Positions 24,996 through 37,504 of a DNA stretch of 64,000 nucleotides are shown piece by piece. The stretch is from Squalus acanthias. Taxonomy: Eukaryota. The stretch lies in contig CM059432.1 in the NCBI GenBank assembly GCA_030390025.1, positions 68,140,001-68,204,000 on the forward strand, written 5' to 3'. The notes under the pieces were generated by a model. The model saw only the letters and a program-made list of their open reading frames with translations. It was not told the origin of the DNA and made no database searches. Both the position numbers and the translations under genes were made by a program. How positions within the stretch are numbered: the stretch's first letter is position 1; each line of letters begins with the position of its first letter.

Positions 24996-25069
24996 GTTCT
25001 TACTACAGACACAAAAGCAAAATACTGTGGATACTGGAAATCTGAAATAAAAGCAGAAAATGCTGGAAC

Positions 25070-25730
25070 ATTTAAGAAGGGAGAGAGACAGAAAGCAGGA
25101 AACTATAGACCAGTTAGCCTAACATCTGTCATTGGGAAAATGCTGGAGTCCATTATTAAGAAAGCAGTGGCAGACATGTAGAAAATCGTAATACAGTCAA
25201 GCAGAGTCAGCATGGTTTTATGAAAGGGAAATCATGTTTGACAAATTTGCTGGAGTTCTTTTGAGGATGTAACGAGCAGGGTGGATAAAGGGAAACCAGT
25301 GGATGTGGTGTATTTGGATTTCCAGAAGGCATTCGATAAGGTGCCACATAAAAGGTTACTGAACAAGATAAAAGCTCATGAGGTTGGGGGTAATATATTA
25401 GCATGGATAGAGGATTGACTAACTAACAGAAAACAGAGAGTTGGGATAAATGGGTCATTTTCCGGTTGGCAAAAGGTAACTAGTGGGGATTAATTAAGGA
25501 AAGCCAGCACGGATTTGTCAAAGCCAAATCGTGTTTAAGTAACTTTATGAGGTAACAGAGAGGGTTGATGAGGGCAATGCGGTTGATGTGGTGTACATGG
25601 ACTTCCAAAAAGGCATTTGGCAAAGTGCTACATAATAGGCTTGCCATCAAAGTTGAAGCCCATGGAATAAAAGGGACAGTGGCAGCATGGATACGAAATT
25701 GGCTAAGTGACAGGAAACAGAGTAGTGGTG
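25070..25730 (+). mobile_element. Two joined CR1 RT fragments
   Basis: [11 protein letters not shown]; two successive QHGF..K.KSCL and YLDF/YMDF segments. Confidence 0.82.
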
Positions 25731-25739
25731 ATCCAGATG

Positions 25740-25910
25740 GGTTTTAATAACAATCTGGTAGCTTCATGGTCACCATTACTGATACTAGCTTTTCATTCCA
25801 GATCTTTTTAATTAACTGAATTTAAATTCCCCAGCTGCCGTCTTCGGATTATTCGTCCAGGCCTCTGGATTACTAGTCCAGTAACACAACCACTATGCTA
25901 CTGTACCCCG
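25740..25910 (-). mobile_element. tRNA-like SINE fragment (second family)
   Basis: Minus-strand head gggtacagtagcatagtggttgtgttactggactagtaatccagagg resembles a tRNA A-box/anticodon arm. Confidence 0.55.
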
Positions 25911-26226
25911 TTCATGGAGCCTCCTCCTCCTCGCTTCCTTTCTTGTGTCTCCATCAAACAGACTTTGTTTGCTTTCAAAATCGGATTAAAAAAAATCAAA
26001 TTAGAATAAGGAAATAAACTGTCAGCCCTTGTTTGCCAGTGTTTTTCACCCTCGGTTTCCTGGGCTAGCAATTAGAAACTTGCACAGGTGTAAGCGATTA
26101 CCAATGATCTTTTGTAACTGTTAACGCACTAGCGAGATAATTTGTTAGTTTGAAAACAGAACTGGTGTTTTTTGAAAACTTAACAGCAACATGAAGATTC
26201 TCATGCTCTTGCCCATCTGACTCCAA

Positions 26227-27295
26227 GGCCACGATTTTGCCTACCGAGGCGGGTCCGGTGTGGCCGGGGTCGGTGGGGGGTTGCGATCCCGCTGCTGGCT
26301 CCAGTCTGCTCTGTGAAATGAATTTTCCCCTGATTGGGCTTGTTAAGCCCACCCAGCTTGTTTGCCAGCCAATTGAAGGAAGTGGGTCTGATGACATCAC
26401 TTGATGACGCGTCATCAGCCGGTTTCCTTAAAGGACCCATGCGCAAATTGATTTTGACAGTCCTGCTGTCAGTGTTCTACAGCATTGAAGTGCTGCAAAC
26501 ACTGCACAGAGGTGCACGGCTGCAACCAGGCTCGCCCATGACTCCCTCCATAAGCACGCAGAGGTGTCCTGTTCCTTTCCCATAGGTGGAAGAGATCTCC
26601 CCAGGAGATCAACACAACCTAGTTGCATATTGCACAGGATACAAGCAGGGATATCGTTAGGAGGACCAAGCTGCAGTGGCGCAAACCTTTCAATGATCTC
26701 AGTAATCACGAAACATTAGTACAAAGCCACACTCAACCTCATCCTGCTGTGCCACTCATCACATCCCCATCACTCTGCCTTCCATACCCTACTCCTGCAC
26801 ATCCTTACTCTCTCAAACTTACCTTGCACCTCCACCCATCCCTCTCTATCTGCATTATCACATCCCCATCTCACTAGCCACCCCTCACACTCACCCTCGT
26901 CCAATCATACCAACTAACAACACACAAGGGTAGCCACTTGGTTTTTTAGCCACTGTTCATGTGAAGTTTCTGTTAATGTGCTGTCAAACATTGAAATCTT
27001 TATTTTCAACACTTTGCGCTCTTGGACAGACTAGTGTGCACCTTTGGAAGTGGCTTAGTGAGTTGCAATGAATGATGAGACATAACGGTACCCCCCGCAA
27101 TGGCGATGAGTGTGAAAGGAATGGATTGGGCACTGTAGGGATGCTTATGGTGTTGGTGTGGGGTGGTGCCAACCTGGCGCATCACATGGCAGCCAGGGTG
27201 TACAGCATCAAGTGAAGTAAATCTGGCTATGGTGAGGCCATCCTTGGCGTCCCGGGCAGCAATGTGCTCGGGTGCTGATGCCCGCTGTCCTGCCC
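26227..27295 (+). mobile_element. PIF/Harbinger relic: terminus plus decayed Myb/SANT ORF
   Basis: Starts GGCCACGATTTT; encodes a QWRKPFNDL-like Myb/SANT helix near 26675-26700; similar to the reverse complement of 34290-34761. Confidence 0.68.
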
Positions 27296-28130
27296 TAATA
27301 TCCTTATGTGGCTTGGTGTCAAATTGTGTGTCTTATAATACTCCTGTGCAGCACCTTGGGACAGATTGCTACGTTAAAGGCGCTATATAAATACAAGTTG
27401 TTGTTGTTATTATTACTTGTATTTTCCATAAAAGATATCCTGCTCTGAATACAAGCTGCATTATTTATCCTTTTTTAAAACCACTGTTCTCATTAAAATA
27501 TAAAAAGTACACGGATGCCTATGTTCCACTTACGGTAACAGAAAACTAAAAATTCAATTCATTTTCGAAATGAAGTACTTTCCAGTTCTACAATATTAAT
27601 GAAACACAGATAAGAGGAACAATGTAATCTGTTAATTATATATTAAAGTGAAATAGATTTAGATTTTTAAAGTGCAATCTAAGATTTTTTAAATATACTC
27701 TTTATTGCCATAATTACACTGAAACGTGCTTGACTGCAATCTCATTGTCGACAGCCACCCAAGCCACTTTAGAATGATACACAGAAATAATTTTCCAACT
27801 GCATTAATCACATGGAGAAGTCAGTTTAAAGGGAAAGAACGATTTAGGTAGAGTACTTCTTGGTCATACTACCCAGTTTAATAAAAAAAAGAGAACACAA
27901 GAACAGTCTTACAAAACATGTTTTAATGGCTTTTTAAAATATAACAATTTTCTTGATAACTTGCAAACCCCCAAGTATGGTCACTCTTTCAGTTAGGGTT
28001 CTCCTACAACATCAATTATGTGGAGAAATCATACAGCTACATTGAAAAAAACTTGTCAAGTGCAACTTCAAAGCATTCTACTGCAATTTGGATTTTTTTT
28101 AAGTATATTTCTAAATGTTAGATTCATCTT

Positions 28131-29245
28131 AGAAGGATAGCTAGCTGGCTTCAAGACAGAAAGCAGAGAGTAGGGGTAAAAGGTAGCTATTCACAGTGGC
28201 AGGAGGTGGGTTGTGGTGGTCCACAGGATCAGTGCTGGGACCACTGTTGTTCACAATTAACGTTAATGATTTGGACTTTCAAATCAAAAACACAATTTCT
28301 AAATTAGCGAAAGACACCAAATTGGGGGGGGGGGGGGCGGGGGGGGAGAGGGGATAGCCAATACTGAGGAAGACTGCAACAAATTACAGGAGGACATTAA
28401 TAAACTTGCAGAATGGGCATATAATTGCCAAATGAAGTTCAACACAGATAAAGGTGAGGTATTATATTTTGGTAGGAAGAATAGCGAGGCAACTTATTAC
28501 TTGGAGGGTGCGAGTCTAGATGGGGTAGAGGAACAAAGGGATCTCGGAGTACAAGTACACAAATCACAAAGTTGTGACACAGGTTGGCAAGGCCATAAAA
28601 AAAGCAAACCAGGCACTAGGGTTTATTTCTAGAGGTATAGAATTGAAAAGTAGAGAAGTTATGCTAAACCTGTATCAAACCTTGGTTAGACCACACTTCG
28701 AATACTGCGTGCAATTCTGGTCGGCATATTATAAAAAAGGATATAGAGGCACTGGAGAGGGGGCAGAGAAGATTTACAAGGATGATACCAGAAATGCGAG
28801 GTTATACATATCAGGAAAGGAAGAACAGACTGGGTCTCTTTTCTTTTGAAAAAAGGCGGAGGGGTGACCTAATAGAGGTCTTTAAAATTATGAAAGGTTT
28901 TGATAGAGTGGATACAGAGAGAATGTTTCCACTTGTGGGGAAGAGCATAACTAGAGGTCATCAATATAAGATAGTCACCAAGAAATCCAATAGGGAATTC
29001 AGAAGAAACTTCTTTACCCAGAGTGGTGAGAATGTGGAACTCACTACCACAGGGAGTGGTTGAAGCAAAAAGTATAGATGCATTTAAGGGGAGGCTAGAC
29101 AAGCATATGAGGGAGAATGGAATAGAGGGTTATGCTGATAGATTTAGATGAGGAAAGACGGGAGGAGGCTCGAGTGGAGCATAAACACCGGCATGGACTG
29201 GTTGGGCCGAATGGCCTGTTTCTGTGCCGTATATCCTATGTAATC
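28131..29245 (+). mobile_element. 5'-truncated CR1, same subfamily as 29658-34143
   Basis: Closely matches 33040-34143; ORFs 28432, 28574 and 28782 encode the CR1 ORF2 C-terminus; atcctatgtaatc tail. Confidence 0.93.
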
Positions 29246-29261
29246 AACTCCTAAGGCAATA

Positions 29262-29657
29262 CAGTCATTTTCTTTGAAATTCTTTTCAATAATAGGGATA
29301 AAGTGTTAATTACCTTCCTACTGAGTAGCTAATTATGAACAATCTTAAACAAGCACACCAAACACCTGAGGGGCCAGGTGTTGTTCTGTTTTATTTGCCA
29401 AATGGGGGGGGGCTTACCGAAGACAGAAGTGTGGCACCCTCCTGCTCCACAGAGTGTGCGTTCCACTTTGGTAGTAACTTTGACAGCTGCATCTCGCAAA
29501 CTTAACATAGGTGACAGTGAAGTCTCTTTCTGAGTTGTGAGCTGTGTCCTCACAGCAATAATAAGCTGTTGATTATATTTTAAAATAGTCACACTAGCTT
29601 TAGAAACTTAGCTAGCGAATGTGAGCCAAAGTCTAAGAATTTCAAAGAAAATGACTG
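29262..29657. repeat. 23-bp perfect inverted repeat enclosing about 350 bp (candidate MITE)
   Basis: CAGTCATTTTCTTTGAAATTCTT at 29262-29284 and its exact reverse complement at 29635-29657. Confidence 0.75.
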
Positions 29658-32600
29658 AGAGCAGCAAAGGCGGAGCGGACCTAACCGGGGACCGGAGCAG
29701 AGGCAAGTAAATAAAGAGCGCGGTCAGAGAGGGCCCAAACTCACTGTGTGCAGCGGAGGCAGAGCAGACCTAACCAGGGACCGGAGCAGAGAGAGAAAAA
29801 AAAATCAAGGAGTGACTTCACAGGACAGCAGGTAGGTAATTGGTTCATGAGTATTAGAGCGTTTTTTTGTCTCTAATCTAGTGCAGAGTTTTAAACTAAG
29901 AGCTGGGGAACAATAACTAATACTTTATTAAATTAATAACTTAACTAGATAAACCAATTAATTAATATAACTCTAAATAATCACTTGATTAAAAACTTTA
30001 ACTAATTTAAATAAGCATATACAGTAAATAAAAAACTTGAGATGGCAGGGCAGGCTATGTGTCGGGACTGTAGTATGTGGGAGTTTGTGGACAGCGAGAC
30101 TGTCCCGGATTCCCACATCTGCAGGAAATATCTCTGCCTTCAGTCACTCCGGCTCAGAGTCATTGATCTGGAGTGCGAGTTAGAGACACTCCGAAACATA
30201 AGGGAGGGGGAGGAAATTCTGGACAGTTTTAACTAGAATACAGTCATACCCCAGAAGAATGCACAGGTTCAGGAAAGGGAGGGTGTGACTGCTAGGGAGA
30301 CGGGTAGTGGGGACTTGGGAGTGGTTAAGAAGGAAGCCCCGCAGACACTAGTCCTGTCCAACAGGTACGATGTACTCACTACCTGTGAAGACAAGGAGAA
30401 AGACTGCGGGGAGGTCAGCCACAATGCAGAACAAGGCACCATGGCTCAGAAGGCTATCCAAGAGGGGGGAAAGAACAGAATAGAAATGTGGTAGTAATAG
30501 GGGACTCTATAATTAGGGGAATAGATAGCGTCCCCTGCAGCCAAGAATGAGAATCCCGAAGGGTGTGATGCCTACCCGATGCCAGGGTAAGGGATATCTT
30601 GAGGCGCTGGAGAGGAATTTGGAAAGGGACGGGGTAAATCCAGTTGTTGTTGTCCATGTCGGGACAAACGACATAGATAAGAACAGGAAGGAGGTTCTGC
30701 TGAAGGAGTATCAGGAGTTAGGAGCTAAATTAAAAAGCAGGACCTCGAGGGTAATAATCTCTGGATTACTGCCCGAGCCACGTGCAAATTGGCATAGAAG
30801 CAGTCAGATCAGGAGAATTAACACGTGGCTAAAGGGCTGGTGTGGGAAAGATGGGTTCCTTTTCATGGGACACTGGCACCAGTACTCGGACAGGAAGGAG
30901 CTGTACCGATGGGACGGGCTCCACCGGAACCGGGATGGGACCCGTGTCCTAGCAGAAAAGGTAAATAGGGAGGTGGCAAAGGCTTTAAACTAGCAAGATG
31001 GGGGGAGAGATCTACAAGAAATGAAACCAGCCTAAATATAAACAAAACAGGAAAGGAGAGCATAGGAAAGAGTAAAATACGGGAGGATATTGATGGCCAG
31101 GGAATAAATGGAGAACAGGAGTGTAAAAAGATGGTTAAAAATAAAATTAAAGGAACTGCTATTAAAAATGAGTTAAACTGTCTGTACAGCAATGCACACA
31201 GTGTCCGTAATAAAACAGGGGAGCTGGAGGCAATCATGCATTGTGAGGACCAGACATAGTAGGGATTACTGAGACATGGCTACAGAAAAATCAGGACTGG
31301 GAATTAAACATTGTAGGGTATAACATATTTAGAAAAGATAGAGAGGGGAAAAGGGGAGGTGGAGTAGCTGTACTTATTAGGGATAACAATGGCAGTAGAA
31401 AAAAGTGACGCAGCTATCAGCAAGACAGAAATAGAATCCATGTGGATAGAGATAAAGGATAATAAAGGATCATACTAATAGGGGTAGTCTACAGGTCACC
31501 GAATAGTGGAAGGGAGGTGGAGGAAGAAATATGCAAACAAATTAGGGAAATGAGTAAAAAACATAGAATAATCATCATGGGGGATTTCAACTACTTCCAT
31601 TCATATAGCGCCTTTCACGACCACCGGACGTCCCAAAGCACTTTACAGCCAATGAAGTACTTTTGAAGCGTAGTCACTGTTGCAATGTAGGAAACTACCC
31701 CGATATTAATTGGACAGAAGAGGATACGGGAATGGAGTTCCTACAATGTGTACAGGACTCCTTTCCAACCCAATATGTAAAAAGCCCAACAAGTGAAGGT
31801 TCGCTATTGGATCTAGTAATGGGGAATGAACCAGTGCAGATAAGAGAAGTAAAAGTAGGGCAACATCTAGGCAATAGTGACCACAATATAATACGCTTTA
31901 AAATAATAATTGAGAAGAACATTAGTATGACAAAGACCAGGGTAATAGATTGGAGAAAAGCTGATTTTGAGGGGCTGAGAATAGAACTTGGAAAAATAAA
32001 ACGGACAACAATAATGGCAAACAATGACATAGAACGGCAATGGGAGACATTTAAAACGATGTTCAACAGAGTTCAGGAAAAATATATTCTGCTAAAAAAC
32101 AAGAACAAGCTAAACACTAATGAGACACCATAGATGAATAAAGCCATAAGGGAAAAATTGAGAGTAAGGAAAGAGGCACACATTAAGTACATGGACAGCA
32201 GGGGAGAGCATGATAAGGGAAAATACGAAGAGATTAGGGAAGAAGTCAAAAAACCTTTAGGAAGGCAAAGAGGAACTATGAAATTAAATTATCAAGGAAC
32301 ATAAAACAAAATAGTAAAACATTTTACAGGTTCATCAATAAAAAAAGGAAGGTTGGGATGGGAATAGGGCCATTAAGGGTTGGATAGGATAATACCACAG
32401 GTAACGATAGAGAGATGGAAGAAATATTAAATAATTACTTTGCCTCAGTATTTACCAGGGAGATAGAACAGGTGGACATGCCATTGGATCATGAGATTAA
32501 TAACGAAATAACTGCATTTCAAATAAAAAAGGAGATATATTAAATAAACTAATCAAACTCGGAGGAAAAAAACCCTGGTCCAGATGGATTATATCCACGC

Positions 32601-34143
32601 ATTTTAAAAGAATCTAGGAAAGAGATAGCAGAGACATTACTACACATATTTGATAATTGGTTAGAAAAAGGTATAGTGCCAGAGGACTGGTGAATAGCTA
32701 ACATAATACCTATATTTAAGAAGGGAGATAGAACATGTCCAGGGAACTATAGACCAGTCAGCTTAACATCGGTGGTAGGAAAAATAATGGAATCCCTAAG
32801 GAGAAAATAGAAGAACATCTAGAAGCCAAAAATATAATAATGAATAGTCAGCATGGATTTCAAAAGGGAAAGTCTTGCTTGACCAACCTCATTGATTTTT
32901 TTGAAGAGGTAACAGAGAGAATAGACAAAGGTAATGCAGTAGATGTAATTTATCTAGATTTTCAAAAGGCCTTTGATAAAGTACCCCATAATCGACTAAT
33001 GAATAAGGTCAGAGAATGCGGAGTCAGGGGACAAGTAGCAGAATGGATAGCTAGCTGGCTTCAAGACAGAAAGCAGAGAGTAGGGGTAAAGGGTAGCTAT
33101 TCACAGTGGCAGAAGGTGGGTAGTGGTGTTCCGCAAGGATCAGTGTTGGGACCACTGTTGTTCACAATTTATATTGACGATTTAGACTTTGGATTCAAAA
33201 ATACAATTTCTAAATTTACAGATGACACCAAATTCTGGGAGGAGTCGGGGGGGGGAGGGGGGAGATAGTTAATACTGAGGCCTGCAACAAATTACAGGAA
33301 GACATTAATAAACTTGCAGAATGGGCATATAATTGGCAAATGAAATTCAACACAGATAAATGTGAAGTATTACATTTTGGTAGGAAGAATAGGGAGGTCA
33401 CTTATTACTTGAAGAGTGCGAGTCTAGGTGGGGTAGAGGAACAAAGGGATCTCGGAGTGCAAATACACAAATCACTAAAAGTAGCGACACAGGTTAATAA
33501 GGCCATAAAAAAAGCAAACCAGGCACTAGGGTTTATTTCTAAAGGGATAGAATTGAAAAGTAGTGAAGTTATGCTAAACTTATATCGAACCTTGGTTAGA
33601 TCACACTTGGAGTACTGCGTACAATTCTGGTCGCCATATTATAAAAAGGATAATAAGCCACTGGAGAGGGTAGAGAAGATTTACAAGGATGATACCAGAA
33701 ATGCGAGCAAAAGGATGAACAGGCTTGGTCTCTTTTCTCTTGAAAAAAGGCTGAGGGGTGACCTAATTGAGGTCTTTAAAATTATGAAAGGTTTTGATAG
33801 AGTGGATACAGAGAGAATGTTTCCACTTGTGGGGAAGAGCATAACTAGAGGCCATCAATATAAGATAGTCGCCAATAAATCAAATAGGGAATTCAGAAGA
33901 AACTTCTTTACCCAGAGAGTGGTGAGAATGTGGAACTCTATCACAGGGAGTAGTTGAGGCAACTAGTATAGATGCATTTAAGGGGAGGCTAGATAAGCAT
34001 ATGAGGGAGAAGGGAATAGAGGGTTATGCTGACAGAATTAGATGAGGAAAGACGGGAGGCTTGAGTGGAGCATAAACGCCAGCATCGACTGGTTGGGCTG
34101 AATTGCCTGTTTCTGTGCCGTATATCCTACGTAATCCTATGTA
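29658..34143 (+). mobile_element. Full-length degenerate CR1 LINE
   Basis: 5' UTR has a repeated ggacctaacc(a/g)gggaccggagcagag. ORF1 30042-30993 (zinc finger plus SGNH esterase, with stops and frameshifts). ORF2 EN+RT fragments about 31170-34040. Tail of aatcctatgt-like repeats. Confidence 0.95.
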
Positions 34144-34289
34144 TTTTTATTGTTTTCCACAATTGAAGACCATAGAGAAATTGATCATCTGTACTGTGAT
34201 AACTGCATACTGTTGTTCATTTATTAATTTTATGTAACATGAGCGAGAGCAACAGCACAAAGAGCGCCGAGAGCGGGAGCAACACCAGA

Positions 34290-34761
34290 AGGCGCGGACC
34301 TGGTGGGAGCTGCTTGTGACCTCCTCTGCAACTTGCAACCAGGCTGTGCTGGTCTCCTGGGGAGGTGTCTTCCGCCCATCGGAAGGGAAGACAACCTCCC
34401 TGCATGCTCTGACTCCCTCCATAAACATATGGAGGGAGTCATGGGAGAGCCTGGGTGCAGCCCTACACCTCTGTGCAGTCATGTCAGTGTTTGCAGCACT
34501 TCAGTGCTGTAGAACACTGACAGCACAAATGTCAAAAGAAAGTTGGCCAGGGTCCCTTTAAGGAAACCGGCTGATGACGCGTCATGAATGACGTCACCAG
34601 ACCCGCTTCCTCTAATTGGACCAGGAAACGCGCTGAGCGGGCTTAACAAGCCCCATCAATGGAAATTCATTTTTCAGAGTGGGCTGGAGCCAGCAGCGGG
34701 GCCGTGACCCGCCACTGACCCCGGCCGCACCGGACCCGCCGAGGTAAGGAAAATCTCGGCC
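34290..34761 (-). mobile_element. PIF/Harbinger relic, same family as 26227-27295
   Basis: Minus start GGCCGAGATTTT; ORF 34147..34482 (APRLSHDSLHMFMEGVRACREVVFP...AWLQVAEEV) is a Myb/SANT-like N-terminus. Confidence 0.7.
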
Positions 34762-35395
34762 AAGGTGTTTAGTTCCAGAAATATGCGAAGAAAATTGATG
34801 GGTATGCTAGATAGACCAACTGCTTTCTCCTACACAAAATATTACTGTTAGTATGCATTACTCCCTCCCTCAGAAGCAGGTGCCCTGCAGTACAATCTAT
34901 GTTTATTCAGCAAATGAAACAATCTGTCAACATTAAATAATCTCCAAAGCTTTCACATGTGAATTAGGAACAATGAGAAAGTAGGGGCAGTGTACAAGAC
35001 CTTACTGAACATATGTGATTTTACTATCTTCCTCACTCATTTATACTCCACGTAGTTTATGATTTTATAAACATTTAATGCTGATAGATTGTTTCATTTG
35101 CTGAAAAAAAGTTAGAACTTTGGCACCAGTTTATCCAAAGACAACAGTCCATATAAAAGGAACTTAATGAAGACAGAAAGATCTCTCCAACGCCCCACTT
35201 CTGGAACAACTTTTGAAATTGACACGAGACCAAGTGGTACAAACTTTCACTATCTGATGGTCACTCACCTACTCAGCCATGACAAAGCTATATATTTCAT
35301 AACCCTTCTAGTAATACGATGTTTATTAATAGAGATACCAAAAGTTTATATGACGACAACAGTGCTATCTAACAAGATCACTCATGCATACATAC

Positions 35396-35588
35396 CCTAA
35401 ACGTCGCCAGGATGATTCTGGTTACTTTTTCTTTCACAGATTCCTGAAGAATATCGGATAAAGCTGGAACAATGTTCAATCTGCGTAGATATTCACACAG
35501 TTGTGGACTAAAGGCCAATAACCAGAAGGAGAAGATCATCTGGTACTGCAGCTGGAAGCCACATTTATTGTTTATAACGGCTATGATG
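35396..35588 (-). CDS. ATP6V1H: ATP6V1H coding exon, 193 nt ((C)IIAVINNKCGFQLQYQMIFSFWLLAFSPQLCEYLRRLNIVPALSDILQESVKEKVTRIILATFR)
   Basis: ctccccag|C ATC...AGG|gtatg; phase is consistent with both neighbours; contains the conserved VKEKVTRII motif. Confidence 0.97.
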
Positions 35589-36639
35589 CTGGGGAGGAGG
35601 AAGAAAGAGACGTTTTAAAATAAACCTTACCATTATATTCTTTTTTTATATATACAATTGTACTTTAAAATCAGAAAATATGACAAACCATTCAAAATAG
35701 CTTCCAAAAAAACCCAAGAACCACAGTATCTAACCTATCATTGAAATTTTATGAACAAGGATCAAAACAATTAGATTTTTAATGCAGAAACAAGAAAAAG
35801 ATTGTTATAACGGTTAATTGAAAACATTACAGAAAGAACTGAATGAAGTATTTCATCCACATTCAAATAATTTCACTATTTCTCCATCGGGGGTTTACAA
35901 TAACTAGTCTTGGGTTTATCCACATTCTGCACCACTTACCTTTGCATTGGTATGCAGTAGCAATCCCAGCAAGCCTACACTAAACAACAGAGCAATTATA
36001 AACATTTTAGTCTCATCTTTGCCAGAGCTTTCTTCTAAAAAGGACATGCGATAGCCCTGCCCAAATGGAATGCAAGATAAATTCTCAAAGACTATAAATC
36101 AGAACATTTGCCATTGGTAATCAATCTACAGAACATGGCATTTCATTTTCCCCAACCTGTTCAATTAAGATTTTATCAGAAAGGTAATAGGATTCTTTTC
36201 CATATACACATGAACAAATAATCATAAATAAGCTTCAAAAAGAATGGGGCTTCTCAAAAGGATAATGAGATGTGAGTAATTAAATAGTTACTGAAATAAT
36301 TCTAGGTTTGAGAAATATTGCAAGCTCAAACCATACTTTGAGAACTACCGAGCTTAGAAATTAAGGCAAATAATTTTGACAATGTTTTGACTCATTCCTT
36401 ACTCTTCAATCCAGGGTCGATTTTAGTAAAATTGGATGGCATAACAGAATGCAGCTGGGAACAACTGTAACAAGGACATGTGTTTAATGAAATTTATCCT
36501 TATAGCAGCTGGAAGTACAGAAAAACTAGAAATGGTGTATGGTACGAGCAGGCAAGTTAAAGGTTACCTAAAACAAGCAACCCTGGTTCAGCAAATAATT
36601 GTAACTTCATGAGTCACAACATGGTTTGTTGTGCAAGGT

Positions 36640-37470
36640 ACATCCCTACATACCCCGTCATTAAGCTTAATATGTTAGACTGCATTGCCTCTTCAACTTG
36701 CTTATTTTTAAACTATTCTCCCATAGGCTCAAAATCATGTCTTTCCATCCCATGCCTGAACTTACTAATTTATGGCTCTCTATTCTTGGTGCCAGGACAC
36801 TGGCTGCAGTCAGTTCAGGTGGAGACTATCCCTCCTGTACAGTCTACTCCTGTTTCAAAACTAGTTTCAATGCCTCACAAAAGTTGAAACCGTCCCTTCT
36901 ACACTACTCTTCCAGCAACACATTCAGCTGTCTAATATTCCCATCTATTGAGTTTACAGAGTGACATAAGTAGTAATGAGAATACTAGCTTTGAGGACTT
37001 GCTTTTTAGTTCCTCCTATTCCCCATGCAAGATCCCTTCTGCAATCCTATCAAAGTTGTTAATTTCCACATGGATTGCAAATACAGACTGCTCTCTGAAC
37101 CTTTCAAAGTCAGTCCCATACTGTCTGACGTTATTCATCCAGGAACCAGAGAAGCATTTTACTGTTCTGGACTCTGGATCATGCCAACAGGCATAGCTAC
37201 CCATTGGCCAGATCATGGAGTCTCCTATAACTAGCATCTGTCTCCTCCTTTTGCTTACTGGCCCTCGAGGTAATTCCATTTCCATGGGGCTATAGTCCAC
37301 AGTGTCTACTGACACTCCCATTTCCTTTAGAAGCAGCCTCTAGAAACTGAACCTCAACCAATTCCTGACTTTCCAAACCAGAATTGGACTTAGCTAGTCT
37401 GACCCCCAGTGGACCCATATCCTGACTGTCTACCTCCTGACTACATCATCTAGTTCCCTTTCCTCTTCCT
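36640..37470 (-). mobile_element. Decayed CR1 ORF1 (SGNH esterase) region
   Basis: ORF 37016..37321 reads LVIGDSMI...ESRTVKCFSG...HVEINN, parallel to the ORF1 at 30490-30993. Confidence 0.7.
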
Positions 37471-37504
37471 GTCACTTTCTCCTAGCCCTTTCCTTCCTCA
37501 CCTC

